Shown in pieces: positions 12,633-25,105 of a stretch of DNA of 64,000 nt (positions are counted from its first letter, which is position 1; every line of letters starts with the position of its first letter). This DNA is from Pristiophorus japonicus (Eukaryota): positions 176,576,001 through 176,640,000 of the forward strand of contig NC_091981.1 of assembly GCF_044704955.1 (NCBI RefSeq). Reading direction: 5' to 3'. The position numbers and the translations under genes were made by a program. The notes beneath the pieces were generated by a model, which saw nothing but the letters and a program-made list of their open reading frames with translations, did not search any database and was not told the origin of the DNA.

Positions 12633-15336
12633 TAAGAACTGCTTGCATGTAGAATGGAATACGCAAAGGGACTAGTTTATTTCGCCACCTTCATGGCAGA
12701 GATGGTAAAAGGTATGGAAAAAACAACAATTGGTTCTGTTTTTCCATACCATGTATTCTGGCAAAATTCTTCTGCACCTAGAATTGTTTGGTGATAATGC
12801 AACTCTAAAGAGATAAGGATACACTTGCCAACCCTACTTTGTTTTCTATTATTTACAAATCTGACCATCTTTTCTGATTGCCACTGTGTAATAGAAGGAA
12901 AGAAGATTAAGAACATAAGAACATAAGAAATAGGAGCAGGAGTAGGCCATACGGCCCCTCGAGGCTGCTCCACCATTTTATATGATCTTGGCTGATCCAA
13001 TCATGGACTCAGGTCCACTTCCCCGCCCGCTCTCCATAACCCCTTATTCCCTTATCGGTTAAGAAACTGTCTATCTTTGTCTTAAATTTATTCAATGTCC
13101 CAACTTCCACAGCTCTCTGAGGCAGCGAATGCCACAGACTTACAACCCTCTGAGAAAATAAATTTCTCCTCATCTCAGTTTTAAATGGGCGGCCCCTTAT
13201 TCTAAGATTATGCCCCCTAGTTCTAGTCAGTGGAAACATTCTCTCTGCATCCACCTTGTCAAGCCCCCTCATAACCTTATACGTTTCGATAAGATCACCT
13301 CTCAATCTTCTGAATTCCATTGAGTAGAAGTCCAACTTACTCAATCTTTCCTCATAAGTCAACCCCCTCATCTCCGGAATCAATCTAATGAACCTTCTCT
13401 GTACTGCCTCCAAAGCAAGTATATCCTTTCATAAATATGGAAACCAAAACTGCACGCAGTATTCCAGGTGTGGCCTCACCAACACCCTGTATAACTGTAG
13501 CAAGACTTCCCTGCTTTTATACTCCATCCCCTTTGCAATAAAGGCCAAGATTTCATTGTACCTGCATACTAACCTTTTGTGTTTCATGCACAAGTACCCC
13601 CAGGTCCCGCTATACTGCAGCACTTTGCAATCTTTCTCCATTTAGAAAATAACTTGCTCTTTGATTTTTTTCTGCCAAAGTGCATGACTTCACACTTTCC
13701 AACATTATACTCCATCTGCCAAATTTTTGGCCACTCACTTAGCCTGTCTATGTCCTTTTCCAGATATTTTGTGTCCTCACACATTGCTTTTCCTCCCATC
13801 TTTGTATCGTCAGCAAACTTGGCTATGTTACAATCTATATTAACGACTTGGAAGAAGGGACCGAGTGTAAGTAGCTGGGGCCCCAGCACTGATCCCTGCA
13901 GCACCCCACTAGTTACTGATTGCCAACCTGAGAATGAACCATTTATCCCGACTCTCTGTTTTCTGTTCGTTAGCCAATCCTCTATCCATGCTAATATATT
14001 ACCCCAACATACCTCAACGTGAACATTTATCTTGTGCAGTAACCTTTTATGTGGCACCTTGTCAAATGCCTTCTAGAAGTCCATATACACCACATCCACT
14101 GGTTCCCCTTTATCCACCCTGTTCGTTACATCCTCAAAGAATTCCAGCAAATTTGTCAAACATGACTTCTCTTTCACAAATCCATGCTGACTCTGTGCCT
14201 GGCCGAATTATGCTTTTCCAAATGTCCGGCTACTACTTCTTTAATAATGGACTCCAACATTTTCCCAACCACAGATGTTAAGCTAACTGGTCTATAGTTT
14301 CCTGCTTTTTGTCTGCCTCCTTTTTTAAATAGGAGCGTTACATTTGCAGTCCAGGGAATTTAGGTAAATTACAACCAATGCATCCACTATCCCTGCCGCT
14401 ACTTCTCTTAAGACCCTAGGATGCAAGCCATCAGGTCCAGGGGATTTATCTGCCTTTAGTCCCATTATCTTACTGAGTACCAGCTCCTTAGTGATTAAGT
14501 TCCCCCCTCCCTATAGCTCCTTGACTATCCACTGTTGGGATATTGCTGGTGTCCTCTCCTGTAAAAACTGATACAAAATATTTGTTCAGAGTTTCTGCCA
14601 TCTCCATGTTCCCCATTAGTAATTCCCCAGTCTCGTCCTCTAAGGGACCAACACTTACTTTAGCCACTCTTCTTTTTTATATACCAAGAGAAATTCTTGC
14701 TATCTTTTTTTATATTTTGTGCTAGTTTACTTTCATAGTTTATCTTCCCTTTCTTAATCATTTTTTAAATAATTCTTTGCTGGCTTTTAAAAGCTTCCCA
14801 ATCTTCTGTCCTCCCACTAGTTTTGGCCACTTTGTATGCCCTTGTTTTTAATTGGATACCATCCTTTATTTCTTTTGTTAGCCACGGATGGCTATCTTTT
14901 CACTTACACCCTTTCCTCCTCACTGGAATATATTTTTCTTGAGAGTTGTGAAATATCTCCTTAAATGTACACTACTGTTCATTAACCGTCCTACACTTTA
15001 ATCTATTTTCCCAGTCCACTTTAGCCAACTCGGCCCTCATACCTTCATAGTCTCCTTTATTTAAGTTTAGTAGGCTGGTTAGAGATCCAACTTTCTCACC
15101 CTCCATCTGAAGTTGAAATTCCAACATACTATAATCACTCATTCCAAGGGGATCCTTTACTAGGACATTGTTTATTCATACTGTTTCATTACACAGGACC
15201 AGATCCAAGATAACCTGCCCCCTGGTTGGTTCAATTACATACTGCTCAAGGAACCCATTCCTTATGCACTCTATGAACTCTTCCTCAAGGCTACCCTGAC
15301 CAATTTGGTTAGTCCAATCAATATGGAAGTTAAAAT

Positions 15337-15581
15337 TGTAAAAGTCCTTACACAATACCACAAATCCACATGAGGCACATTCTATGGACAAGGTCACTCC
15401 ATGACCTGAACCTTTATTCACAGGACTAAGAAGTGATGACCCTGCATGGGACCTCCCTTTATATACCTAGGTGACCAGGTGAGGAGCGTCTCCCACAAGT
15501 TCACACACTGTGGTCAAGGTGTGCATTTCTTACGTATGCACAGTATTGCAGTGTTGTTACATAAAGGTTACATACATGACA
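15337..15581 (-). repeat. 3' LTR of Gypsy A
   Basis: Direct repeat of 19817-20058, adjacent to the PPT. Confidence 0.95.
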
Positions 15582-18500
15582 TCACCTCCCCCTCAACATC
15601 TTATTGGGATCATAGGTTAAGTCTCTCGGGTGGTCTGCGCTTTCTTGTGGAGCGCCGCAGTTGAGGCTCTGGTTGTTGAGCCTTGGTATGCGTGTCTGTC
15701 ACCTGTGTGGCTGTCCGGGCTGACCGCAGGGATTGTGCATGCTGCTGAATGTTCTTGTTGCTCGTTCACTGGCGGTGGTGTGAATACCATCTCATGATCT
15801 TCCTCAGGTTCCTCAGTGTCTATGCTGAACCTTATTTTTACTTGGTCCAGATGCTTGCGGCATATCTGCCCATTGTTAAGTTTAACCACTATGACCCTAT
15901 TCCCCTCTTTGTCTATTACAGTACCCGCAAGCCATTTGGGCCCCAAAGCGTGATTGAGAACAAATACGGGGTCATCAATTTCTATGCATCTCCCCCTTGC
16001 ATTTCGGTCATGGTACTCGTTTTGGGACTGGCGCTTGCCCTCAACAATGTCGGACAGGACTGGATGAATGAGGGACAGCCGAGTTTTGTGTGTTCGTTTC
16101 ATGAGTAGCTCCGTGGGCGGGACCCCCATGAGCGAGTGCGGTCGGGAGCTATAGGCCAGCAGGAGGCGCGATAGATGGCATTGAAGGGAGGGTCCTTGAA
16201 TCCAGAGCATGCCTTGCTTTATGATTTGGACCGCACGTTCCGTCTGGCCATGGAAGCCGGTTTGAACGTTGCTGTCTTGACATGGTTAATGCCATTATCT
16301 GACATGAACTCCCGGAATTCGTAGCTTGTGAAACATGGGCCATTATCGCTAACAAGGATGTCCGGCAAGCCGTGGGTCACAAAGACCGCGCGCAGACTCT
16401 CCACGGTGGTGGATGTCGTGCACGAATTCAAAATGATGCAATTGATCCATTTCGAGTACGCATCAACCACAATGAGAAACATTTTTCCCATGAACGGGCC
16501 CGTGTAGTCCATGTGAATACGTGACCATGGCCTGGTGGGCCAGGGTCCTCCCTGGGGGCATTACCTAGCTGGGCACACGTCGTGCACCTGCGAACACAGT
16601 GTTCCAAGTCTGAATCAATTCCTGGCCACCACACGTGACCGGGCAATGGCCTTCATCAGCTCAATGCCTGGGTGCTTGCTGTGGGCTTCCCTGATGAATG
16701 CTTCCCTGCCCCGCTGGGGCATGACTACCCAGCTGCCCCATAGTAGGCAGTCGGCTTGGATGGAGAGCTCATCCATCCGTCTGTGAATGGTCTGACCTCC
16801 TCAGGGCATGCTCCGTGTGCAGGCGCCCAATCCCCAGTCAGGACACATTTCTTAATCAAGGATAGGAGGGGATCTCTGTTGGTCCAGATTTTGATCTGGC
16901 GGGCTGTGATGGGGAGCCTGCGCTGTCAAAGGCATCGACAGCCATGACCATCTCAGCACTTTGCTCCGCTGCCGCTCGGTGATGGCCAGTGGAAGCCTGC
17001 TGAGTGCGTCAGCGCAATTTTCGGTGCCGGGCCGGTGCCAGATGGTGTAGTCATACGCAGCGTGCGTGAGAGCCCATTGCTGTATGCGAGCTGACGCATT
17101 GGCATTGACAGCCTTGCTGTCTGACAGCAAGGATGTTAACGGCTTGTGGTCCGTTTCTAATTCGAACCTCCTGCCAAAGAGGTACTGATGCATCTTTTTC
17201 ACCCTATAGACACATTCGAGTACTTCCTTCTCAATCATCCCATAACCCCGTTCAGCTTGAGAGCGCGATCTGGAGGCATAAGCCACAGGTTGTAGTTGGC
17301 CCTCAGCGTTACCCTGCTGCAACATGCACCCAACCCCATAGGACGATGCATCACATGTCAGAACCAATTTCTTACGAGGGTCGTACAGGGTCAATAACTT
17401 ATTTGAACAAAGTAGGTTCCGCGCCCGATTGAAAGCCCGTTCCTGACAGTCCCCCCAAAACCAATCACAACCTTTACGCAGGAGCATATGTAGCGGCTCC
17501 AACAATGTGCTAAAGTTCGGCAGAAATAGTTCAAGAGTCCCAGAAATGAACACAACTTCGATGTGTTGCAGGGCCTGGGTGCTCATCGAATCACCTCCGT
17601 TTTGGATTCGGTAGACGGAATCCTGTCTGCAACAACCCTCCTGCCCAGAAACTCGACCTCGGGAGCCAAAAACACACACTTAGACTTCTTGAGTCGCAGG
17701 CCTACCCGGTCCAGTCGGCGTAGCACCTCCTCCAGGTTGTGGAGGTGTTCCTCGGTGTCACGACCGGTGATGAGGATGTCGTCCTGAAATACGATTGTTC
17801 CAGGAATGGATTTGAGCAGGCTTTCCATATTCCTTTGAAAAATCGCGGGCGCTGATCGAATGCCAAACGGACACCTGTTGTAAACAAACAGTCCCTTGTG
17901 CGTGGTGATGGTGGTTAGTAGTTTAGATTCGTCGGCCAGTTCTTGGGTCATGTAGGCTGAAGTGAGGTTCAACTTGGTGAACAGCTTGCCACCTGCCAGC
18001 GTAGCAAAAAAGTCCTCCGCTTTCGGGAGCGGGTATTGGTCTTGTAGGGACACCCGGTTGATAGTGGCCTTGTAGTCGCCACAGATCCTGACCGAGCCAT
18101 CGCTTTTAGGACGGGAATGATGGGGCTTGCCCAGTCGCTGAATTCAACGGGCGAGATGATGCCCTCTCCCAGCAACCGGTCCAACTCGCTCTCAATTTTC
18201 TCCCGCATCACATACTGCACAGCTCTGGCTTTGTGGTGCACTGGTCTGGCGTCCGGGGTGATGCGTATCACTACTTTGGTACCTTTGAACGTCCCGACGC
18301 CAGGTTGAAATAGTGACTTAAATTGCTGTAGGACCTGTGAGCATGAACTTCGCTCCACAGATGACATGGCGTGCACATCCCCCCATTTCCAGTTCATCTT
18401 AGCTAACCAGCTCCTTCCCAACAGTGCGGGACCATTGCCCGGGACAATCCAGAGCGGCAGCCGGTTCACCGATGCATTGTGTGTGACCGCCAACATTGCA

Positions 18501-19816
18501 CTGCCTAGCACTGGAATGATTTCTTTAGTGTACGTCCGTAGTTGCGTCTCAATGCATTCTAGTTTGGGTCTGCTGGCTTTGAGTGGCCACAGCTTTTCGA
18601 ATTGTTGAACACTCATGAGTGACTGGCTGGCCCCCGTGTCCAGCTCCATGCGTACAAAGATGCCGTTTAATAGGACTTTCATCATCATAGGTGGCATTTT
18701 GGTATATGAGCTGTGAATGTTTGCCACATGAACCCGCTGAACTTCAGCGTCCATTGATTTGCCCCAAGCGTCATCCTGCCTCGCAGACCCCTCATCTGGT
18801 TCATCCGCCTTGAATATTAGCCTGGTTACAGGCTTTCTGCACATTCTTGCTAAATGGCCACTGAGGTTACAATTTCTGCAGACGAACTGTTGAAACTTGC
18901 AAGTCCTGGCAGCATGTCTGCCCCCACACCTCTAGCATGAACTGAGATTCCCATTGTTGTGAACAAAAGAGCTGTTGCAAGGCATTTCTCGCTGATTGTC
19001 CCTTTGACTGCTCTTGAGCACCCTGTTAGTGGGTGTCAATGGCCCCATCCTGGGCCGCATTGTCCACTGGGGGGAGCGTAAATGTCCGTTCAGCCTGCCA
19101 TTGTCTCTGTTGGAGACTTACTCTTGGGTCTATTGCTGCCTGGGGTGTCTCAAACTGCCCTTGCCTGCCTGTGGGGCTCTGTGTCGCGTTTATGATATTG
19201 ACTCCCTGATCCATTGCCACATGAACCCGTTGGAGGCAGAATTGCGCGCGTATATAATCTTGGTTTCCTCCTCCCCCACCAGAAAAGTCTGAGCCATCAA
19301 CGGCGCCGCTTCCAAGGTCAAGTCCTTAGTCTCAATTAGCTTTCTGAAAATCCCAGCATGACCGATGCCCTCAATAAAGAAATCCCTTAGCATCGTCCCC
19401 CTGCAGGCGTCTGTGAACTTACAGAGGCTGGCCAAGCGCAGGAGGTCTGCAACAAAATCTGGTATGCTCTGTCCTTCCCGACGTCGGTGTGTATAGAATC
19501 TGTGTTGGGCCATGTGTATACTGCTCGCCAGTTTGAAGTGCTCACCGATTAGTTTGCTGAGCTCTTCGAAGGTTTTGTCCGTCGGCTTCTCGGATGCTAG
19601 CAGGTCTTTCATGAGCGCGTACGTCTTAGGTCCACAGCTGGTCAGCAGATGAGCCCTTCGCTTGTCGGCCGCTGCGTCTCCCAGCCAGTCCTTCGTGACA
19701 AAACTCTGCTGGAGCCTCTCAATGAAATTGTCCCAGTCCTCACCAACTCAGTACCGTTCATCCGTGCTGCCGGTGGCCATTCTCGTGGGTCGTTGATTCC
19801 CGTTTCTCGGCGCCAA

Positions 19817-20058
19817 TGTAAAGTCCTTACATAATACCACAAATCCACACGAGGCACATTCTATGGACAAGGTCACTCCATGACCTGAACCTTTATTCAC
19901 AGGACCAAGAAGTGATGACCCTGCGTGGGACCTCCCTTTATATATCTGGGTGACCAGGTGAGGAGTGTCTCCCACAAGTTCACCCCGTGGTCAAGGTGTG
20001 CGTTTCTTACGTAAATACAGTATTGCAGTGTTGTTACATAAAGGTTACATACATGACA
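19817..20058 (-). repeat. 5' LTR of Gypsy A
   Basis: Direct repeat of 15337-15581, adjacent to the PBS. Contains TATATAAA and AATAAA on the element strand. Confidence 0.95.
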
Positions 20059-21620
20059 AAAATCACCCATGATTATTGCTGTTCCCTTTTTACAAGTCCC
20101 CAATATTTCCTGGTTTATGCTCCGACCAACAGAGTTGCTATTGTTAGGGGGCCTGTAGACTACGCCCACCAGCGACTTTTTCCCCTTATTATTCCTCATC
20201 TCCACCCAAACTGTTTCAACATCCTGATCATTTGAGCCAATATCATTTCTCACTGTTGCAGTGATTCCATCCTTTATCAATAGAGCTACCCCACCTCCTT
20301 TTTCTTTCTGTCTGTCCTTCCGGATTGTCAAATACCCCTGAATATTTAATTCCCAGTCCTGGTCACCTTGCAACCACGACTCTGTAATCACTATCAGATC
20401 ATACCCATTTGTCTCTATTTGTGCCGTCAACTCATCTATTTTGTTACAAATGCTATGTGCAGCCTTTAAATTTGATTTTTTACCCTCTCTTCCTGCTTGT
20501 TTTCTCTCTCCTTCAAACTCATTATTTTTGCTTTCTAATTCCAGCTTTACTCCCCTCACTACTGAATCTATTCTCAGGTTCCCATCCCCCTGCCAAGCTA
20601 GTTTAAACCCTCTCCAACAGCACTAGCAAACGCCCCCCCCCCCCCCGAGAGGATATTGGTCCCGACTCTGTTGAGGTGTAATCCGTCCGGCTTGTACAGG
20701 TCCCACCTCCCTCAGAAACGATCCCAATGCCTCAGGAAACTAAAGCCCTCCTGCCTGCACCATCCCTCCAGCCACGTATTATCTGCTCTATCCTCCTATT
20801 TCTGTACTCACTAGCTCTTGGCAGCTTGGCACTGGGAGTAATCCGGAGATTACTATCTTTGAGGTCTTGCTTTTTAATCTCTCTCCTAGTTCCCTAAACT
20901 CTGCCTGCAGGACCTCATCTCTCTTTCTCCTATGTCATTGGTCCCGATATGGACCACGACCTCTGGCTGTTCACCCTCTCCCCCCAGAATGCCCTGCAGC
21001 CGCTCAGTGACATCCTTGACCCTGGCACCAGGGAGGCAACATACCATCCTGGAGTCACGTCTGCAGCCACAGAAATGCCTGTCTGCTCCCCTGACTATTG
21101 AATCCACTGCCACTACCACTACTCCAAAACATGGAGCTCGAGTTGGTGCAGCTGGAGACACCTCCTGCACACATGGTTGTCCTGGTTGTGCGATGCATCC
21201 AGGATTTCCCACATGCCACAGGATGTGCAATCCGTGGGACTGAGCTGCCCTGCCATCCCTCTAGTTACACTCTGAACTTTCAAGTAGAACTAAACTCTAA
21301 ACTTTAGCAAAACACACCTAGCCGCTACTCAGCAAACAGCTGATTTAATTAATTCGTTCTCCTTAGATAATAAAGATCACTTATCTATGTAATTGCAATT
21401 CCTAACTTACAGCAATGCCCAAGGTTTGTTACAGAATAGAAAAAGAAGAAAATACTCACCAATCCACCAGCCAATGACTTACCTGCTTGGCTGTGATGTC
21501 ACACTTCGATTTCGATTAAGGAAGAAAGTGCTAAAGCAATAAATCCTATACCTATTTAAGTAACCTTTGAGAGAGTCTGTTACACTTCAGGTGTTATACT
21601 TTCTGTATTATATAGTATAA

Positions 21621-21913
21621 TGTCAGCTTTGGTTCGATGGTAGCACTCCCACATCTGAGTCATAAGGTTGTGGGTTCAAGCTCCACTCCAGAAATTTGAG
21701 CACATAATTTGGATTGGCACTTCATTGCTGTATTGAGGGACTGCTGCACTGTCAGAGTTGCCATCTTTCAGATGAGATATTAAACTGCCCTCTCAGATGG
21801 ACGTAAAAAAATTCCATGACACTATTCAAACAGTGACTACATTTCATTGGTTATGAAGTGCTTTGATATATCAAGGTCAAGAAAGATACTACATGAATGC
21901 AAGTTCTTTCTTT
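21621..21913 (+). mobile_element. tRNA-derived Deu-domain SINE (SacSINE1-like), internally deleted
   Basis: A-box/B-box head (tggttcgatggtagc...gggttcaagctcc), central gaggga.tgctgcactgtc...gccatctttcagatgag domain and an L2-like aatgcaagttctttc tail. A second copy lies at 55390. Confidence 0.75.
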
Positions 21914-22177
21914 TAATGCTCCTGTCATTACAAAATAGTGTATCAACTAATTTAGCATGAGCGCTATGCCTTGGGATATCTACTGGTTAAAACATAAATT
22001 GATACTATACAGTAATGTTTGACGCAGATTTCAATTAAGTTTAATGTTTGCAATTTGTTTTAAACATGCACATTTTGCACACTTCTGAATACTTAAAAAA
22101 ATGACTGTGGTGAGACCATTACTAAGTTGTGGTGTCATTGCTGCAGCTGGTGATACAAAACATCTTTCAGTACTTAC

Positions 22178-22240
22178 TGGTTTTCTGGACAGAGCTATGA
22201 CCATTCCTAAAATTGGACCCTTTTTCTTCCTGAGGTTTTC
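22178..22240 (-). CDS. INVS: Inversin small coding exon (63 nt, phase 1-1)
   Basis: Acceptor tttgtttatgtttaattgtcAG and donor CCA|GTAAGT. It is in frame with the preceding exon, giving (G)KPQEEKGSNFRNGHSSVQKT, and lies ~300 nt downstream of it, where human INVS has a similarly short segment. Confidence 0.8.
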
Positions 22241-22539
22241 CTGACAATTAAACATAAACAAATAATTAATTCCTTATGTGCACGCCACAAGTTCTATAAA
22301 TAGCGACTCCTACATTACAATAATTATCATCTTTACTCAGGTACATGCTAATTTATGTGTGGCATAAGATCAATATGCCTGCTTGTAGCTATTAGCTGTT
22401 TAATTTTCAGGACTCTATTCATCCTCCAATTGGAAAGATGATAATACTTTAACGAGATTCAATCTGTCCTTTCTAATCCTTCTTCCCATTACATGCATAA
22501 ATGAACCTTATTAAGACAATATTGTTGAAAGCGAATTAC

Positions 22540-22775
22540 CATAAATTTGCTTTAACACTGAGTGCTGATTAGCTGTCCTGACACAGGAGCTCCTGTTGCT
22601 GAATGTTTGGTTGCTTTTGCTGGAAATAACATTCAGGACATTGCCACTGAGATATTTCCTCCAGGCTAGTTGGATGGTGAAGGCAGCCATCTCCTGCTTC
22701 CACGTCTCATCAACCTTGTCCCCATTCTGGCGTCTCCAGTGGAGGAGCAGTAGCAGCCCTTTACGTATCCTGTAA
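22540..22775 (-). CDS. INVS: Inversin C-terminal-region coding exon (236 nt, phase 2 in, phase 1 out)
   Basis: On the minus strand: acceptor ...tatttatatttgtAG, then an open frame (S)YRIRKGLLLLLHWRRQNGDKVDETWKQEMAAFTIQLAWRKYLSGNVLNVISSKSNQTFSNRSSCVRTANQHSVLKQIY(G), then donor G|GTAATT. The start YxxRK and the end HSVLKQIYG match the corresponding vertebrate inversin segment as I recall it. Confidence 0.92.
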
Positions 22776-22809
22776 CTACAAATATAAATACAGTGGAAAC
22801 ACTTTTAGG

Positions 22810-23400
22810 AACTAGGACAGTACACTACCAGAAAAGACTGCAGTCCATCTGGCTGGTCGCAACAACTAATACCCAATTTTCCCACTCCCTCCAATATCTA
22901 TCCAACTCTCCCTTAGGTTCTTCCACACTATCTGCCTCTCTTGGTAGTTCATTCCATATGTTCACGATCCTCTGTGTAAAGTAGTTAAGTGTAAACTGTC
23001 TGTGCATCTCCCCTCTTCTAAGTTTTAGCTGATGTACTCTGGTTCTAGAGCTTGCTGTATCTCAAACATATTATTGGATTCAATTTATTTATTCTCTTAA
23101 AGATCTTGAATAATATCTTCTGAATCTCCTCTTCTCCAGAGTAAACAATCCCAAGATCGTCAACCTCTCCTCATAGCTCAGATGTTTTAAGCTAGATATC
23201 AGTTTTGTTGCCCTTTTATGTGCGGTCTCCAATGCCTGAATATCCTTGCTGTAGTTTGGCAAACAGCTGTACACTATACTCCAGATGTGGCTATATCAGT
23301 GCCTTGTACAGACTCATTATCGCCTCCTGTGATCTGTGGTGTATCCCTCTGGCTAATAACATCCCAAGATCCAGTTAATTTTCCTTACTGCTGCCACATA
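22810..23400 (-). mobile_element. Old CR1-clade LINE 3' portion (continues at ~29855-30065 and ~32285-32790)
   Basis: KDIQALETAHKRATKLISSLKHLSYEERLTILGLFTLEKRR (23089-23274) and TQRIVNIWNELP. Confidence 0.82.
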
Positions 23401-23404
23401 TTGT

Positions 23405-25080
23405 ACTACATGCAAGCTGTGATTTTTACCAATGGATCCACCACAGACCCAATACAAGTGCAGACTGGGGTCAAGCAAGGCTGTATCATCGCACCAATGT
23501 TCTTTTCAATCTTCCTCGCTGCAATGCTTCATCTCACCCTTTACAAACTCCCCGCTGGAGTGGAGTTAATCTACAGGACATGCAGGAAATTCTTTAACAT
23601 CCGACGCCTCCAGTCCAGATCCAAGGTTGCTCCAACCTCCATCATTGAATTACAATATGCAGATGACGCTTGCATTTGTGCACACTCGGAGCCCGAACTC
23701 CAAACCATCGTTGACACCGTCACTGAAGCGTACGAGAGTCTGGACCTCACCTTAAACATCAGTAAGTCAAAGGTCCTCTACCAACCTGCCCCCGCCACAT
23801 AGTACTGCTCCCTGGTTATCAAGATCCACGATGAGACCTTGGACATGCGGACGACTTTCCATTCCTTGGGAGCCTACTATCAGCAAGGACAGACATCGAT
23901 GACGAAGTCCAACACCATCTTCATCAGTGTGCCAGTGCAGCCTTCGGCCGCCTGAGAAAAAGAGTGTTCGAAGACCAGGATCTCAAACCTGGCATCAAGC
24001 TCATGATCTTCAGAGCGTTAGTGATACTTGCCCTCCTATATGCTTCAGAGACATGGACTATGTACGGTAGGCACCTCAAAGCACTGGAGAAGTACAGGTA
24101 CAGTGCCTAAAACCCGGAACCCTCGGGACCGAGGGCGTTCCGGATTCTGGGCTTTTCCAGACTTTCGATTTGCTTTCTGACATTACGAATCCAGAAACAC
24201 TTGAGCCCAGCTTTGGATATTTCCGGATTTCAGAACATTAAAAAGGGGGGGGGGGGGGGGGTTGGGGTGGTGGGAGGGATTCCCGCCGAGGAACTGTCCA
24301 GTCCTGCTGAGGATGTCGTCGTCGGGCAGGGCCTGACCAAGGATGCCGTCGGGCGGGGCCCCACCGAGTAGGTCATCGTCGGGCGGGGCCCTGCCGAGTA
24401 GGGCTCCGAGATCGGCAGGGTCATTGGGTCTGAATTCCGGAACGTTTTATGGATTCCGGACGACCCTGCCACCGATTGTCCCGGAGTCCAGATTCCGGAG
24501 CGTCAGATTATCGACGCTGCACCTGTATCACCAACGCTGCCTCCGCAAAATCCTTCAAATTAATTGGCAGGCTAGGCGCACCAACGTCAGCGTTCTCGCT
24601 CAGGCCAACATCCCCAGCATCGAGGCAGTGACCACGCTCCACCAGCTCCGATGGGTGGACCACATTGTCGCATGCTTGATGCTATACTCCTGGAGCAAGC
24701 ATTCTACTCTGAGCTATGTCACGGAAGGCGAGCCCCAGGAGAGCAGAGAAAACACTTCAAGGATACCCTCAAGGCCTCCTTGAAAAAATGCAACATCGCC
24801 ACCGACTCTTGGGAATCCCTGGTCCAAGATCGCTCAAAGTGGAGGAGGAGCATCTGAGAAGGCACTGAACACCTTTGAGTCTCTTCGCTGGGAATACGCG
24901 GAAGCCAAGCACAAAAAGTAGAAGGCGCGTACGACAAATCAAGCACCCCATCCACCCGCCCCTCTAACCACCGTCTGCCCCACCTGTGACAGAAACTGTA
25001 GATCCCACAGTCACCTTAGAACTGATTTTAGCGTGGAAGCAAGTCATTCTCAACTCTGGGGGACTGCCTAAGAAGAAGAT
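23405..25080 (+). mobile_element. RTE-clade LINE, 5'-truncated, with a MITE inserted at 24095-24525
   Basis: GVKQGCIIAP and ELQYADD RT motifs, LEKY/HQRCLRKIL, RKHFKDTLKASL, CPTCD zinc finger, and terminus gtggaagcaagtc...gactgcctaagaagaag. Confidence 0.92.
24095..24525. mobile_element. Tc1/mariner (pogo/Tigger-type) MITE
   Basis: TA|CAGGTACAG...CTGCACCTG|TA, i.e. an imperfect TIR with a TA duplication. Removing it restores the host RTE peptide LEKYHQRC. Contains many TCCGGA motifs. Confidence 0.85.
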
Positions 25081-25105
25081 TAATGTTTTTAATGAACTAA
25101 GCACT

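Larger units (their letters stand above)
15337..20058 (-). mobile_element. Gypsy/Ty3 LTR retrotransposon A (full length, ORFs broken)
   Basis: LTRs at 19817-20058 and 15337-15581 (TG...CA), TSD AAAAT on both sides, PBS TGGCGCCGAG and PPT GGGGGAGGTGA. Coding order gag, protease (ELDTGAS), RT (FQDDIL), RNase H (CDAS...ETDHKPL), integrase (DYTGPF, SDNGP). Confidence 0.96.
12910..21510 (-). mobile_element. Near full-length CR1 LINE interrupted by a Gypsy element at 15337-20058
   Basis: 5' UTR at ~21250-21510. ORF1 SGNH-esterase motifs (DSIVRG...CLPGARV...VVVHIGTNDIG, 20886-21230). APE endonuclease (ITESWL, GVVYRPP, IIMGDF at ~20064 continuing NFHIDW at 15336). RT at 13009-14500 and tail at 12910. 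Confidence 0.93.

Noticed and set aside
21621-21700. tRNA gene (also 55400-55460)
   Set aside because: The A/B boxes run into a SINE body and tail, and there is no complete cloverleaf.
22031-22261. 76-aa ORF from the track overlapping the small INVS exon
   Set aside because: It is in the wrong frame. Splicing from the upstream exon requires the phase-1 reading.
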